A stretch of DNA of 64,000 bases from Candidatus Dojkabacteria bacterium (GTDB taxonomy: Bacteria; Patescibacteriota; Dojkabacteria; SC72): NCBI GenBank assembly GCA_050950165.1, contig JBMNHC010000001.1, forward strand, positions 389,738-453,737. The letters are read 5' to 3'. Both the position numbers and the translations under genes were made by a program. Positions 19,416-30,358 of the stretch are shown here, piece after piece. The notes below the pieces were generated by a model, which ran no database searches, was not told the DNA's origin, and worked only from the letters and a program-made list of their open reading frames with translations. Position 1 is the first letter of the stretch. Every line of letters begins with the position of its first letter.

Positions 19416-20714
19416 ATGCCCATCTATGTAATTTCCCAATTTATTCATATGGTAAACAAAACAAAGACTATAAAAGAGTACGAGAGTATGACTCTTACTC
19501 AGCTTCGTAGTGAAGCAAAAGGATTAGGAATGGAAGACTTTATGGAGCTTCCTAAGAGAGAATTAATTATTGAAATATTGAAAAAGTCTACAGCAGATGA
19601 AGGCTTTGTATTTGTGGAAGGAATCTTAGAGATTCAAAAGGATGGATCTCACGGAGTATTAAGAACAGATGGATTGTTAGCAGGAGATAACGATGTATAT
19701 GTATCTGGTTCTCAGATTAAGAAATTTAGCCTAAGAAACGGTGATGAAGTTGCTGGACCTGCTAGATTACCAAAAGACAAGGAGAAGTACCTAAGCCTAC
19801 TTCGTGTAGACACTGTATATGGTAGACCAGCTGCAGAGGCAGCAAACAGACCTCAGTTCATGAAACTCACCCCAATATTTCCAAACAGACAGATCAAATT
19901 AGAGACTACTTCAGATGTTCTTTCGACAAGAATGATTGATTTACTTTCTCCAATTGGGTTCGGTCAAAGATCTATGATTGTATCTCCTCCTAAAGCAGGA
20001 AAGACATTCCTTCTTAAAGATATTGCTGCTGGAATTGCAACAAACCATCCTAAAGCAAAATTAATGGTTGTACTTGTTGGTGAAAGACCCGAAGAGGTTA
20101 CGGATATGAAGAGATTTGTAAAAGGAGAGGTATATGCTTCTAACTTTGACGAATTACCAGAGCATAACTGTAAAGTTGCAGAGATGGCACTACAGAAAGC
20201 TATGTGTATGGTAGAGTGGGGTGAAGATGTAATAATTTTGATGGATAGTATTACTAGACTTGCTCGTGCATACAATATTACTATGCCTACATCTGGTAAG
20301 ACTCTCTCTGGAGGTTTCGACCCTGTTGCTCTCTATCCTCCTAAGAAGTTCTTTGGTGCAGCTAGAAACTTTGAAGAGGGTGGTAGTTTAACAATAATTG
20401 CAACTGCACTTGTAGAAACAGGTAGTAGAATGGATGACTTGGTATACGAAGAGTTTAAAGGTACAGGAAATATGGAGTTACACTTAGATAGAAGTTTAGC
20501 AAACAAGAGAATATATCCCTCTATTGATGTAAATAAGTCTGGTACAAGAAATGAAGAATTACTGTTAGGTAAAGAAATACTTAACCAATCTTGGAGAATC
20601 AGGAGAATGTTAGAGATTTTAGATCAGAATGAGAATCCTACAGAAGTACTCGTCAGTCAGCTTAGAAAGAGCAAATCTAACGAAGAGTTTCTTGCAAACT
20701 TGCACGAAGCTTAA
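19416..20714 (+). CDS. rho: Transcription termination factor Rho (start may be 19449)
   Basis: [61 protein letters not shown]. Confidence 0.97.
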   Translation: MPIYVISQFIHMVNKTKTIKEYESMTLTQLRSEAKGLGMEDFMELPKRELIIEILKKSTADEGFVFVEGILEIQKDGSHGVLRTDGLLAGDNDVYVSGSQIKKFSLRNGDEVAGPARLPKDKEKYLSLLRVDTVYGRPAAEAANRPQFMKLTPIFPNRQIKLETTSDVLSTRMIDLLSPIGFGQRSMIVSPPKAGKTFLLKDIAAGIATNHPKAKLMVVLVGERPEEVTDMKRFVKGEVYASNFDELPEHNCKVAEMALQKAMCMVEWGEDVIILMDSITRLARAYNITMPTSGKTLSGGFDPVALYPPKKFFGAARNFEEGGSLTIIATALVETGSRMDDLVYEEFKGTGNMELHLDRSLANKRIYPSIDVNKSGTRNEELLLGKEILNQSWRIRRMLEILDQNENPTEVLVSQLRKSKSNEEFLANLHEA

Positions 20715-20738
20715 TTCTGGTATAATGGTAGAGTAGAT

Positions 20739-22091
20739 ATGACTGAAGATAAAGGTCGTGGACAAATCATCTCTGGATTGAGTTTTAAGGATCTTACAAA
20801 AGATTTAGATTTTTCAAAGCTAGAAGATCAAGAATTTATCTTTGTAGACGGAGAGATTAAGAGAGAGGCAAATTTAACTTGGGTTAAAAGAGTCTCTGAG
20901 TATCTTGTTAACCGTTTTAATACAAAGAGAGACCCTCTTGCTTTTACAATTGATCTTTTTGAATATCTAGCTTCAAGATTTAGGGTTCTTTGGGTAATAC
21001 TCTCTGTAATCTTTGATCTTTTGTATTCTAGATTTGATAAGGTAAAGGACGGAATTGTAAGAAGAATGTTCTGGGGAAGAGGATCATTTCTTAAGTATGT
21101 TGTTCAGATTGCTACAGTAGTATTAGCCTTTATACTAAGTATCTCATATATCTATAGGGCTCCCACTATTACAAGTGCAAGTGATGAGGAGCTAGATTAC
21201 ATCTCTGTTGCAGAAACGGATGTAATTGCTATCAATGCAACTGTTAATACCTTGGTTCCTAAGGATAGGCAGAAGAGGGGTATAGATAAATATATTGTGA
21301 TGAATGGTGACACATTAAGTAGTATTGCAGCAGCGTATGAGATATCTGTTGAAACTATCAAATGGGCAAATAATCTATCTTCTAGTTTAGTAAGACCGGG
21401 ACAGGAATTAGATATTCCTCTAACAGATGGAGTATTAATTAAAGTTGCAAAGGGAGAGACTCTTGCTTCTGTAGCTAAAAAGTATAACGGTAATGAGCAG
21501 GCCATTGCAGACTTTAACTGGTTAGACTATCCATTTACACTAACACAAGGACAAGAACTTTTCATTCCAGATGGTAGTATGCCATATGTAGCACCGAAGC
21601 CTACATATGCAGGTACACCTAGAACATATACATCTGGTTCTTACTCAGGTTCAAAGTATAGTGGGCCTGTAGATCCAAATGTTGGGAAGTTCTTAAGGTG
21701 GCCAGTTGCAAGTAAAACTGCAAAGATTTCTCAATACTACAAGGGTAGTAGGCATCAAGGTATAGATATTGCAGATCGTAACTTGCCAAACTTAGTTGCT
21801 GCTGCATCTGGGACAGTAATTTTTGCAGGTTGTGCTGGATATTGTCCTCCACTTGGGTCTGTATGGGGAGGTAGTGGGTATGCATGGTCAGTACATATTA
21901 ATCACGGTAATGGATATTCAACATGGTATGCACATATGATGAATATATATGTTAGAACTGGACAGAGTGTATCTGCAGGGCAAGCAATTGGGAAAATGGG
22001 TTCTACTGGTAGATCTACTGGTCCTCATGTACACTTTGAGTTAAGAAGGGGTTCAAGTGCTATTAATCCTCTACCATATGCTGCTTGGTAA
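20739..22091 (+). CDS. Membrane-anchored LysM-repeat M23 family metallopeptidase
   Basis: TM segment, two LysM domains (GDTLSSIAAAY..IKWANNL), HQGIDI, YAHM and GSTGRSTGPHVHFE. Confidence 0.92.
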   Translation: MTEDKGRGQIISGLSFKDLTKDLDFSKLEDQEFIFVDGEIKREANLTWVKRVSEYLVNRFNTKRDPLAFTIDLFEYLASRFRVLWVILSVIFDLLYSRFDKVKDGIVRRMFWGRGSFLKYVVQIATVVLAFILSISYIYRAPTITSASDEELDYISVAETDVIAINATVNTLVPKDRQKRGIDKYIVMNGDTLSSIAAAYEISVETIKWANNLSSSLVRPGQELDIPLTDGVLIKVAKGETLASVAKKYNGNEQAIADFNWLDYPFTLTQGQELFIPDGSMPYVAPKPTYAGTPRTYTSGSYSGSKYSGPVDPNVGKFLRWPVASKTAKISQYYKGSRHQGIDIADRNLPNLVAAASGTVIFAGCAGYCPPLGSVWGGSGYAWSVHINHGNGYSTWYAHMMNIYVRTGQSVSAGQAIGKMGSTGRSTGPHVHFELRRGSSAINPLPYAAW

Positions 22092-22114
22092 TTGTGGTAT
22101 AATCTTTGTGGTTA

Positions 22115-22187
22115 GGGCTCATAGTTTAGTTGGGAGAATATCGCATTCGCATTGCGAAGGTCGCCGGTTCAAATCCGGCTGAGTCCA
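22115..22187 (+). tRNA. tRNA-Ala(CGC)
   Basis: Acceptor GGGCTCA/TGAGTCC with G3-U70, anticodon arm TCGCA-TTCGCAT-TGCGA, T loop TTCAAAT. No encoded CCA. Confidence 0.93.
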
Positions 22188-22212
22188 TCCCGCTAGCTTA
22201 TAGAGTAGGTCG

Positions 22213-22286
22213 GGGCCTGTAGCTCAGTTGGCTAGAGCACATCGCTGGCAGTGATGGGGTCAGGGGTTCAAATCCCCTCAGGTCCA
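22213..22286 (+). tRNA. tRNA-Ala(GGC)
   Basis: Acceptor GGGCCTG/CAGGTCC with G3-U70, anticodon arm CATCG-CTGGCAG-TGATG. No encoded CCA. Confidence 0.93.
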
Positions 22287-22436
22287 TCCCGCTACCTGTA
22301 GTGTTATTGGGGAAGGGAGGGTTTTGTATCAAATTCTACTACATTCTTGTATATTAGATTCCGTTTTTCACGCTAATGTAAAACGGCTTTGTATTAAGGT
22401 TTTGCAAAATATCTCTTTTAGAGATAAAATACTTGA

Positions 22437-24875
22437 ATGGTACACAAGTATAATTACAAAGAGTTTGAGAGTAAGTGGCAGGAGAAATGGTTTAAAGAGA
22501 TGAAATATTCTCCTAAAGATTTACTTTTAGACAAGCCTAAATATTACCTTTTAACTGAATTCCCATATCCATCTGGTCCTGGTATGCATATTGGGCATGC
22601 TAGAAACTACTCTATGATGGATGCTGTAGCTAGATTAAGAAGAATGAAAGGCTTTAATGTGATGTATCCAATAGGGTGGGATGCTTTCGGACTTCCTACT
22701 GAAAACTACGCTATTAAAGTAAAAAAACCTCCTCAAGATATTACAAAAGAAAATATTAACCACTTCAGAAGACAGCTAAAGAGTTTAGGTATCTCCTTTG
22801 ATTGGAATAGGGAGGTGGATACTACAGATCCTGCATATTACAAATGGACGCAATGGATATTTCTAAAACTTTTTGAGAAAGGACTGGCTGTAAAGTCCGA
22901 AATGCCGATAAACTGGTGTCCGAAATGTAAGGTAGGGTGTGCAAATGAGGAAGTAATTGACTCAAAGCATGAAAGATGTGACACTTTGGTCGAAAAGAGA
23001 AATATTAATCAGTGGGTTCTAAAGATTACAGAATATGCAGATAGACTAGATGATGATTTAGATCTTGTAAACTACCCTGAGAGTGTTAAAGCTCTTCAGA
23101 GGAACTGGATAGATAGGAAGACTTGGTATGATATTGAGTATAAGGTTGAAAATAGTGATGAAATAGTCAAGGTTTCTACAACAAGACCCGATACTCAGTT
23201 TGGTTCAACCTTTGTTGTAATTGCTTTTGATCATGAGATTGTAAACAAGCTAAAGAGTATAATGCCTGAGGAGAACAGAGATGCAGTAGAAAGCTATGTA
23301 AAAGAAAATATACATAAGAGTGATGTAGAAAGAATAGCCGAAGAAAGAGAGAAGAGTGGCGTATTCACAGGCCTTTACTGCCTAAATAGCATTACAGACC
23401 AGAGACTGCCAATATATCTATCAAGCTTTGTATTAACAACAGTTGGTACAGGTATGGTAGTAGGAGTCCCAGCTCATGATAAAAGAGACTTCGAATTTGC
23501 ACTAAAGTTTGGAATTCCAATAAAGAGGGTAATAGAGGGACCGGAAGGAGATAGATCAGAGATTACTTCGGTAGATCTGGTATATGAAGATGAAGGCAAG
23601 GTATTTAATTCAGATTTCTTGGATGGTTTAAGTAGTGCAGATGCAAGAGTTAAGATGGGAGAATATATTGTAGAGAAAGGAATAGGAGCTGTTTTAACAA
23701 GGTATCATCTTAGAGATTGGATATTTTCTAGACAACACTACTGGGGAGAGCCAATCCCAATTGTACATTGTAAAAAATGTGGTATGGTACCTGTAGACGA
23801 GAAAGACCTGCCTATTAAACTACCAGAAGTAAAAGAGTATGAACCTACAGATACAGGTGAGTCTCCATTAGCAAACATCAAGGAGTGGGTAGAAACGAAA
23901 TGTCCGAAATGTGGAGGTGAAGGAAAGAGAGAAACCGACACTATGCCTAACTGGGCAGGCTCTAGTTGGTACTATCTTAGATATTGCGACCCTCACAATG
24001 ACAAAGAGTTTGTAAGTAGAGAAAAAAGTGATTACTGGATGCCAGTAGATCACTACGAAGGTGGACAAGAGCATATTACTCTCCATCTGCTCTACTCAAG
24101 GTTCTGGCACAAGGTGCTCTTTGATTTAGGATATGTTAGAGATGTAGAGCCATATCTTGCTCGTTCCATTCATGGAGTTGTACTAGGTGAAGGAGGAAGT
24201 AAAATGTCTAAGTCTTTAGGTAATGTAATTAGTCCAGATGGTTTAGTAGAGAAATATGGTGCAGATGTAACAAGAGCATACCTAATGTTTATGGGTCCAT
24301 ATGAGGGTAATGTAGAGTGGAGTACCCGTACAATTGAAGGGGTACGAAGATTTGTTGTTAAGTACTACTCTTTCCTTTTAGATATATGGGAGAGAAAGGT
24401 TGAAAGTAGTGATGAGAAAGTAAAAGTAGCAGTTAACAGATTGGTAGAGAAAATAGAGAAAGATATACTAGGCTTTGGGTTCAATACAGCAGTTGCTGCT
24501 CTTATGAAATTCTACAATGAGTTTAAGAAAGAGAGTTTCGATAAAGAAGATATAACTAAACTACTTATAGTAAGTGCTCCAATATTACCCCATATGGCAG
24601 AAGAGATATGGAGCAAAACTATAGGGTCTGATTCTTCTGTACACGATCAGCAGTGGCCAGAAATAAGTATGGAGGACTTAAAAGACGAAACTATTGAAAT
24701 TCCTGTTCAGATAAATGGAAAAGTTAGGGGTAAAATCTTAGTTTCAAAATCAGATACTCAAGAAGATGTAGAAAAGAGAGTCTACCAACAAGATACTCTA
24801 AGTTCTCTGTTATCAAAGGGGCAGATAAAGAAGTTTCTTTACATTCCTAACAGGATTGTAAGTATAGCGATGTAG
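22437..24875 (+). CDS. leuS: Leucyl-tRNA synthetase
   Basis: FPYPSG..HIGH, GWDAFGLP, TTRPDT editing domain, RDWIFSRQHYWGEPIP, KMSKS. Confidence 0.97.
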   Translation: MVHKYNYKEFESKWQEKWFKEMKYSPKDLLLDKPKYYLLTEFPYPSGPGMHIGHARNYSMMDAVARLRRMKGFNVMYPIGWDAFGLPTENYAIKVKKPPQDITKENINHFRRQLKSLGISFDWNREVDTTDPAYYKWTQWIFLKLFEKGLAVKSEMPINWCPKCKVGCANEEVIDSKHERCDTLVEKRNINQWVLKITEYADRLDDDLDLVNYPESVKALQRNWIDRKTWYDIEYKVENSDEIVKVSTTRPDTQFGSTFVVIAFDHEIVNKLKSIMPEENRDAVESYVKENIHKSDVERIAEEREKSGVFTGLYCLNSITDQRLPIYLSSFVLTTVGTGMVVGVPAHDKRDFEFALKFGIPIKRVIEGPEGDRSEITSVDLVYEDEGKVFNSDFLDGLSSADARVKMGEYIVEKGIGAVLTRYHLRDWIFSRQHYWGEPIPIVHCKKCGMVPVDEKDLPIKLPEVKEYEPTDTGESPLANIKEWVETKCPKCGGEGKRETDTMPNWAGSSWYYLRYCDPHNDKEFVSREKSDYWMPVDHYEGGQEHITLHLLYSRFWHKVLFDLGYVRDVEPYLARSIHGVVLGEGGSKMSKSLGNVISPDGLVEKYGADVTRAYLMFMGPYEGNVEWSTRTIEGVRRFVVKYYSFLLDIWERKVESSDEKVKVAVNRLVEKIEKDILGFGFNTAVAALMKFYNEFKKESFDKEDITKLLIVSAPILPHMAEEIWSKTIGSDSSVHDQQWPEISMEDLKDETIEIPVQINGKVRGKILVSKSDTQEDVEKRVYQQDTLSSLLSKGQIKKFLYIPNRIVSIAM

Positions 24876-24988
24876 TAATTTGTCGAGGATTTCTCTTTGA
24901 CAACTGTTCACATTTCTACTATTATTATCCCAAAACAGCAACCGTTAGAAAATACTGTTGTGTTGGGACAAAAACAACTAGTTAAAAC

Positions 24989-27900
24989 ATGTTAAAAACT
25001 TACTGCTCGAAAGTAGCAAAATTTGTATTCATTTTGTTGGTACTACCCTTCTTTTTTGCTACTTATAAAGTATATGCACAAACCTCTACAACTGTTAATT
25101 TCCAAGGAAAAATTGTTAGAAATGATACAGGTCATGAAGGATTAAACGTTACAACTGGAAACCCTGCCTGTGTCTTAGCTGGTCAAGACACATGTGATTT
25201 CCAAGTTAAATATTACTCAGCACAGAGTGCGGGAACACTCTATCTAACTGAAACATTTCTAAACAAGGAGATAGGAGATTACGGTGGAGTGTTTAATCTC
25301 TCTTTAGGCTCTGGAACAATGACTCCAGGCATTTACTCTACATTAGACCAAGTCATTAACAACTCTAATTCGGTATACATAGAGATCCTTTTCTCTCCTG
25401 CAGGTAATGAAACATATACAGAAACATTCTCAAGAATGCCACTTCAAGCAGCACCATATGCCATTAGATCTAAATATGCAGGGGTAGCACAAGGAGCATT
25501 TAAGTTTGAAAATGCAGCAAACGCTACTGGATATACAGGAAGTGATGGTATGGTTTACTACGATACTACAGATGGTGTATTGAAACTCTACTCAGGCGGA
25601 ACATGGGTCCCTCTTGCAACAGGCTCAAGTGGAAGTAATATCTGGCAAGGGGCAAGTATCTCATCATTTAGTCACTACCCATCTCAATTCTTAGAGACAA
25701 CAGGTATAGCTACATTAGCTAACTTCGGTGTAGATACAACAGAAAACAGAGCATGGGTACACGGTGCATCATCAAGAACAGGATTTTCAGTTTACTCTAA
25801 CTACAACGGTAGTACAGACTGGCCACTTGTGACATTTAAAGCAGATGCAAGTGGTTTTACTAGCTCAATATTACAATTAATCCAAGATGGAACTGGAAGT
25901 ATCTTAGAAGGATATCAAGGAAGTAACAAAGTATTCGATGTAGACAACAGAGGAGATATGCACCTTTCATCAGACGGTACACTCTATCTAGAACCTTTTA
26001 CATCTCTACCTAGCTCATCAGATCTCTATCCTGCCTCAGGAGAAGGTTGTCTTTACTCTGTGGGTGGAAACATATATTGGGATGGTGCATGTAATGGTAG
26101 TTCTCCAAAGATGCTTAATGCAACTGCTACATCTCTTTGGACAGATGCTGGAACATTTACCTACCTTACCTCTACTTCAGACAACTTAGTTCTTGGTGGT
26201 AGTACAGTAGCTACTGCAAGATTCTTCTTCGATATGACAGCAGCGAGTGGTAGATATTTTAAAGTGGATAATTATAATAACTCGGAGACTCTGTTTACAA
26301 TAGATAGTAGCGGAAATATTGGTATTGGAACTGCAAGTCCTACACACAAATTAGATATTGCAGGTACAAACTCTTCAATAGCTAATGCAACAGGAGATAT
26401 TACGATTACTCCTGCACAGAATTTAATAATTAGTAGTGGAAAAGTTGGGATAGGGACATCTACACCAAGTTCACTTCTTTCGATAGGTTCTTCAAGTCAA
26501 TTCCAGGTAGATGGTAGTGGAGATATTGTAAAGATAAAGGGATTAACTTACTCATGGCCTTCAGCACACACAACAAACGGAGTATTGGTAAATAATGGGA
26601 GTGGTACTCTCTCATGGTCAACAGTATCAGGACTGGGAGGAGTTACTGGTACAGGTAGTAGTGGACAGATAACGTTTTGGAATGGGACTTCAAGTATTAC
26701 AGGAGATAACGGTTTCTGGTGGGATAATACAAACAAGAGACTAGGTATTGGAACGAGTACTCCTCAAGCATCAATAGATATTGCAGGAGCAACATCAGAG
26801 ATATCTAATACGTATGGAAACATTTCAATACTACCATATCAATCACTAGTAGTTACAGGAGGTAGTACAGCTCCTACAGCTATGTGGGTATACAAGACAG
26901 GTAGTGCAACATCAGGAGATATTTTTGGACTTAGAATAGAGACAAACCAGACTGTAGCAGGAGCTCTAACAGTATTTGGAAACAGGATTGTAAATAGGGC
27001 CACTCATACTAGTGGTACATTGGCAGGATTACAAGCTAATAGTACACAGATACAGCTAGAGGGTAATGGTGGTACTACAAACTATGTAGAGGGTCTAACT
27101 TCTAATATAACTGTATCTACAGGAGCAATAGCTTCTAATGTACACCTATTAAGAATATTTTCACCAACTAACTCAGGAACAATTAATCACCTAAAGGGTA
27201 TTCTCATTAACAACATGAATGCAGGTTCTTCTTCTAACTACTCCATATATTCAGAGGGAGGTACTATGTATCATGCGGGTAATGTGGGGATAGGGACTAG
27301 TAGTCCTAGTGGACTTTTGGATGTATCTAATTCTTTTTATACAGGGACAGGAATAATTCTTGTCAGACCTCAGGATAGTAGTAATGAAGGTGGAGAAATA
27401 CGACTACTTGGAGCTGGTTCAAATGCCTCAGTTTTTATAGATAATTATGCAGGTATATTGAGAATTCTCCCATCAAGTGGAACTGTGGCAGTGGAAGTTG
27501 GTGGAACTGTTAATGCTCATAGTGTATTTTGGGGAGGAAGTGGGAGTAGAACAGAAGCAAGAGATGATATAGGGTTAAGAGGTGATGCAGGTGCACGAAG
27601 TGGCTTTTATGAAGCACATAATCCTTCTCCTGCAGCAAACTGGTATCCTGGAGCAACTGGCTGGCAACATTTCATTGATGTAAGACATAGTAATATTACT
27701 AATAACTATGCATTACAGATAGCAGGTTCTTTCTTTAATCAAGAATTATACTTCAGAAAAACAGCAAATAGTCCTACAACAGGATGGAACAAGTTTGTAT
27801 ATGCGGATAGTAATGGTAATGTTAGTATTGCCAATGCTGCCTCTGGTGCGACTCTTACTGTTGGTAGAGCAGCTGGACAGCCAAATATTAAATCATCTAC

Positions 27901-30355
27901 AGACTGGTTTATGATAGATTCAACATCTAATCCTGTATCTATTAATCACTATGTAGCTCAAAATGTTCTGTTAGCATATGGGGGAGGAAGGGTGGGTATT
28001 GGTATGAATGGTCCTAGTCAGAAGTTAGATGTAGCAGGAAGTATTCGTTCTACTGGTCATTTATTTTTAAATAGGGGAGACCCTACGATTTTCTTACAGG
28101 ACACAGACCATAGAAGTGCTATGGTTTATGCTAATAATAATACTTTTTATATCCTCCGAGGTAGTGGTGTAAATTCTACCACTTGGACTATGTACAATGG
28201 GCAGTGGCCACTTGAAATTAATCTAGAGAATAATGATGCTCTTTTTGGAGGTAAGATTACATCTATAGGTGATGTAGATGTATATAAATATATAACAATT
28301 AATAAACAAGCGAGTAATGCTTGGTTTTCTTTTAGACAATACTTTTCTTCAGGTACATATATAGAGGTTGATACTCCTGGAGGATATCGTGGTATCTCTA
28401 CTTTTGCTTCAAGTCAAAAGTATAAGAAAAATATAGAGGATTTAGAAATTGATAGTAATCTTATATATAGCTTACGACCTGTTAGTTTTAATTGGAAAAC
28501 AGATACAGATGATACACCAAAGACATTTGGTTTAATCGCTGAAGAAGTAGAACAACATATACCAGAGTTAGTTAGGTATAGAGAGAATGGAGAGATTCTT
28601 TCAGTTATATATGAGTTAATAAGCGTATTGAATATGAAAGAGTTGCAGAAACATGAGAGATATATAAAGGAGATTCAAGGGACTTTGGCATTTATTGGTA
28701 CTCCAGTTGGAAATACAAATATATTAGAACGTATAGAAAATCTAGAAAAAATATATAGTGGTAAAGAAGAAAATTATCAAGTAGAAGGTGTTGTAGTTAG
28801 AGGTTCTCTTGTTAGTATTAATACTACTACGCCATGGTCTGTTATTGCTGCTTACGAAGGAAAGGATTCTATTGTTGGTGTAGTTAGTACTAATCCAAGT
28901 GCAGTAATGGATGCAGATGGTGGGTTCCAGATAGGATATGCTACAAAACCAATTTATCAGGACGAGAAAGCTCCCATTGCTCTAGTAGGAACAGCTCCAA
29001 CTTTAGTTACCTCTTTAAATGGTCAGATTGAAATAGGAGACAGTATTGGTGTCTCTAGTTTAGCTGGATTTGGTGCGAAGATGACTCTAGCTGGGTATAC
29101 AGTAGGAAAAGCTTTAGAAAGATTAGATAGTAACAACTGTTCTTCAGTAAGTAATATCAATGCTATTAATTGGCCTGAAGATGACAGTAGGAATTCTCTA
29201 AAACCTTGTTATCTACTCCCTGACGGTACTGTTGTGGGTAAAATCATGGTTGCTATTCAACCATCTTGGTTCGATCCTAAAACCTTCGTGTCTATAGGCG
29301 AAGTCTCTTCCCCAGGCTGGTATAGAATATCTCAAAGTAATGAAAATAGTAGTGCTAATGTAAAAATATCTAACAGTACAGTAGGATCATTACAAAATAT
29401 TAATATGCTAATAGATAAGAATAACATTAATACACTCTCTAACTTTACATCAGGAAACTCTAACATTACTAAATCTAGACTAACAACTGTAGGAAATACT
29501 ACATATTTAGAAATATATATTGAAAATGTAAACAACAATATATTAACTGTTAAAGTAGAAGGCCAAGGATGGAGTGGAACAAACATATCTAAAGTAGAAG
29601 AAACATTTACAGTAAAAGAATACGCATTAGAAGGTGTGCTCCTAGGAGTAAGTGATACATTCTCTGTATCTAAAGAAGGAAGCCTACTAACCTCAATGGT
29701 AAATTCGGACATTGGTAATAGCGGAAGCAGATGGAACGATATATATACTAAGGGAACAATCAGACTAGGAAGTGGAAATAGCGAAGGAGGAATTAGATAC
29801 AATATTGAAAAACAGAGATTAGAATTCTCTAATGATGGAATCAATTGGATAGCTATGGGAGACCTAACATCTAACCTAGTAATATCTCCGGAGTATAGTG
29901 GAGCAATATTGTATGCTGACGGAAGTGATAATAGTGGTAGAATGACATCAGACGCATTAGAAGAGAATGGATCATTTACAAACTACTACGAGTGGAAATC
30001 AGATAGAGACACCCTACAAGACTATGACATATTAGTACGAATTGTATTACCAGATGACTTTGTTAGCTGGAATGAAAACGCAATATCTCTTAACTTCATG
30101 ACAGAAAACTCTGCATCAGTATCTAATAACAAAGTAGAAATGACACTAATAGATAGTAGTGGAACAGATGTAGAAGTAAAAGATGGAATAAGTAAATTAC
30201 CAGGAGTATGGGAGAGAATGACAATAAAGAGTGTAGACATTGATAAATGTCAAAGTGCAGGACAACTCTGTACCCTCAAACTCTCACTGTTTTCTAAAGA
30301 TAGCTACTACTCAAGAGTAGGAGATATTACTCTAAACTATAACAGAGGACTGTAG
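24989..30355 (+). CDS. Large secreted tail-fibre-like adhesin with peptidase S74 (intramolecular chaperone) domain
   Basis: N-terminal signal peptide, repeated GNVGIGTxSP fibre motifs and an S74-like segment SSQKYKKNI..LRPVSFNWK..FGLIAEEVEQHIPELV, followed by VGVVSTNP..IALVGTAP..GKALE. Confidence 0.8.
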   Translation: MLKTYCSKVAKFVFILLVLPFFFATYKVYAQTSTTVNFQGKIVRNDTGHEGLNVTTGNPACVLAGQDTCDFQVKYYSAQSAGTLYLTETFLNKEIGDYGGVFNLSLGSGTMTPGIYSTLDQVINNSNSVYIEILFSPAGNETYTETFSRMPLQAAPYAIRSKYAGVAQGAFKFENAANATGYTGSDGMVYYDTTDGVLKLYSGGTWVPLATGSSGSNIWQGASISSFSHYPSQFLETTGIATLANFGVDTTENRAWVHGASSRTGFSVYSNYNGSTDWPLVTFKADASGFTSSILQLIQDGTGSILEGYQGSNKVFDVDNRGDMHLSSDGTLYLEPFTSLPSSSDLYPASGEGCLYSVGGNIYWDGACNGSSPKMLNATATSLWTDAGTFTYLTSTSDNLVLGGSTVATARFFFDMTAASGRYFKVDNYNNSETLFTIDSSGNIGIGTASPTHKLDIAGTNSSIANATGDITITPAQNLIISSGKVGIGTSTPSSLLSIGSSSQFQVDGSGDIVKIKGLTYSWPSAHTTNGVLVNNGSGTLSWSTVSGLGGVTGTGSSGQITFWNGTSSITGDNGFWWDNTNKRLGIGTSTPQASIDIAGATSEISNTYGNISILPYQSLVVTGGSTAPTAMWVYKTGSATSGDIFGLRIETNQTVAGALTVFGNRIVNRATHTSGTLAGLQANSTQIQLEGNGGTTNYVEGLTSNITVSTGAIASNVHLLRIFSPTNSGTINHLKGILINNMNAGSSSNYSIYSEGGTMYHAGNVGIGTSSPSGLLDVSNSFYTGTGIILVRPQDSSNEGGEIRLLGAGSNASVFIDNYAGILRILPSSGTVAVEVGGTVNAHSVFWGGSGSRTEARDDIGLRGDAGARSGFYEAHNPSPAANWYPGATGWQHFIDVRHSNITNNYALQIAGSFFNQELYFRKTANSPTTGWNKFVYADSNGNVSIANAASGATLTVGRAAGQPNIKSSTDWFMIDSTSNPVSINHYVAQNVLLAYGGGRVGIGMNGPSQKLDVAGSIRSTGHLFLNRGDPTIFLQDTDHRSAMVYANNNTFYILRGSGVNSTTWTMYNGQWPLEINLENNDALFGGKITSIGDVDVYKYITINKQASNAWFSFRQYFSSGTYIEVDTPGGYRGISTFASSQKYKKNIEDLEIDSNLIYSLRPVSFNWKTDTDDTPKTFGLIAEEVEQHIPELVRYRENGEILSVIYELISVLNMKELQKHERYIKEIQGTLAFIGTPVGNTNILERIENLEKIYSGKEENYQVEGVVVRGSLVSINTTTPWSVIAAYEGKDSIVGVVSTNPSAVMDADGGFQIGYATKPIYQDEKAPIALVGTAPTLVTSLNGQIEIGDSIGVSSLAGFGAKMTLAGYTVGKALERLDSNNCSSVSNINAINWPEDDSRNSLKPCYLLPDGTVVGKIMVAIQPSWFDPKTFVSIGEVSSPGWYRISQSNENSSANVKISNSTVGSLQNINMLIDKNNINTLSNFTSGNSNITKSRLTTVGNTTYLEIYIENVNNNILTVKVEGQGWSGTNISKVEETFTVKEYALEGVLLGVSDTFSVSKEGSLLTSMVNSDIGNSGSRWNDIYTKGTIRLGSGNSEGGIRYNIEKQRLEFSNDGINWIAMGDLTSNLVISPEYSGAILYADGSDNSGRMTSDALEENGSFTNYYEWKSDRDTLQDYDILVRIVLPDDFVSWNENAISLNFMTENSASVSNNKVEMTLIDSSGTDVEVKDGISKLPGVWERMTIKSVDIDKCQSAGQLCTLKLSLFSKDSYYSRVGDITLNYNRGL

Positions 30356-30358
30356 TAA

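Noticed and set aside
22287-22436. T-box riboswitch upstream of leuS
   Set aside because: No GGTGGNACCGCG T-box motif, the region is short, and a -10 lies just before the ATG.
24989-30355. Prophage
   Set aside because: The fibre-like gene has a signal peptide and no phage structural, packaging or integrase genes nearby.
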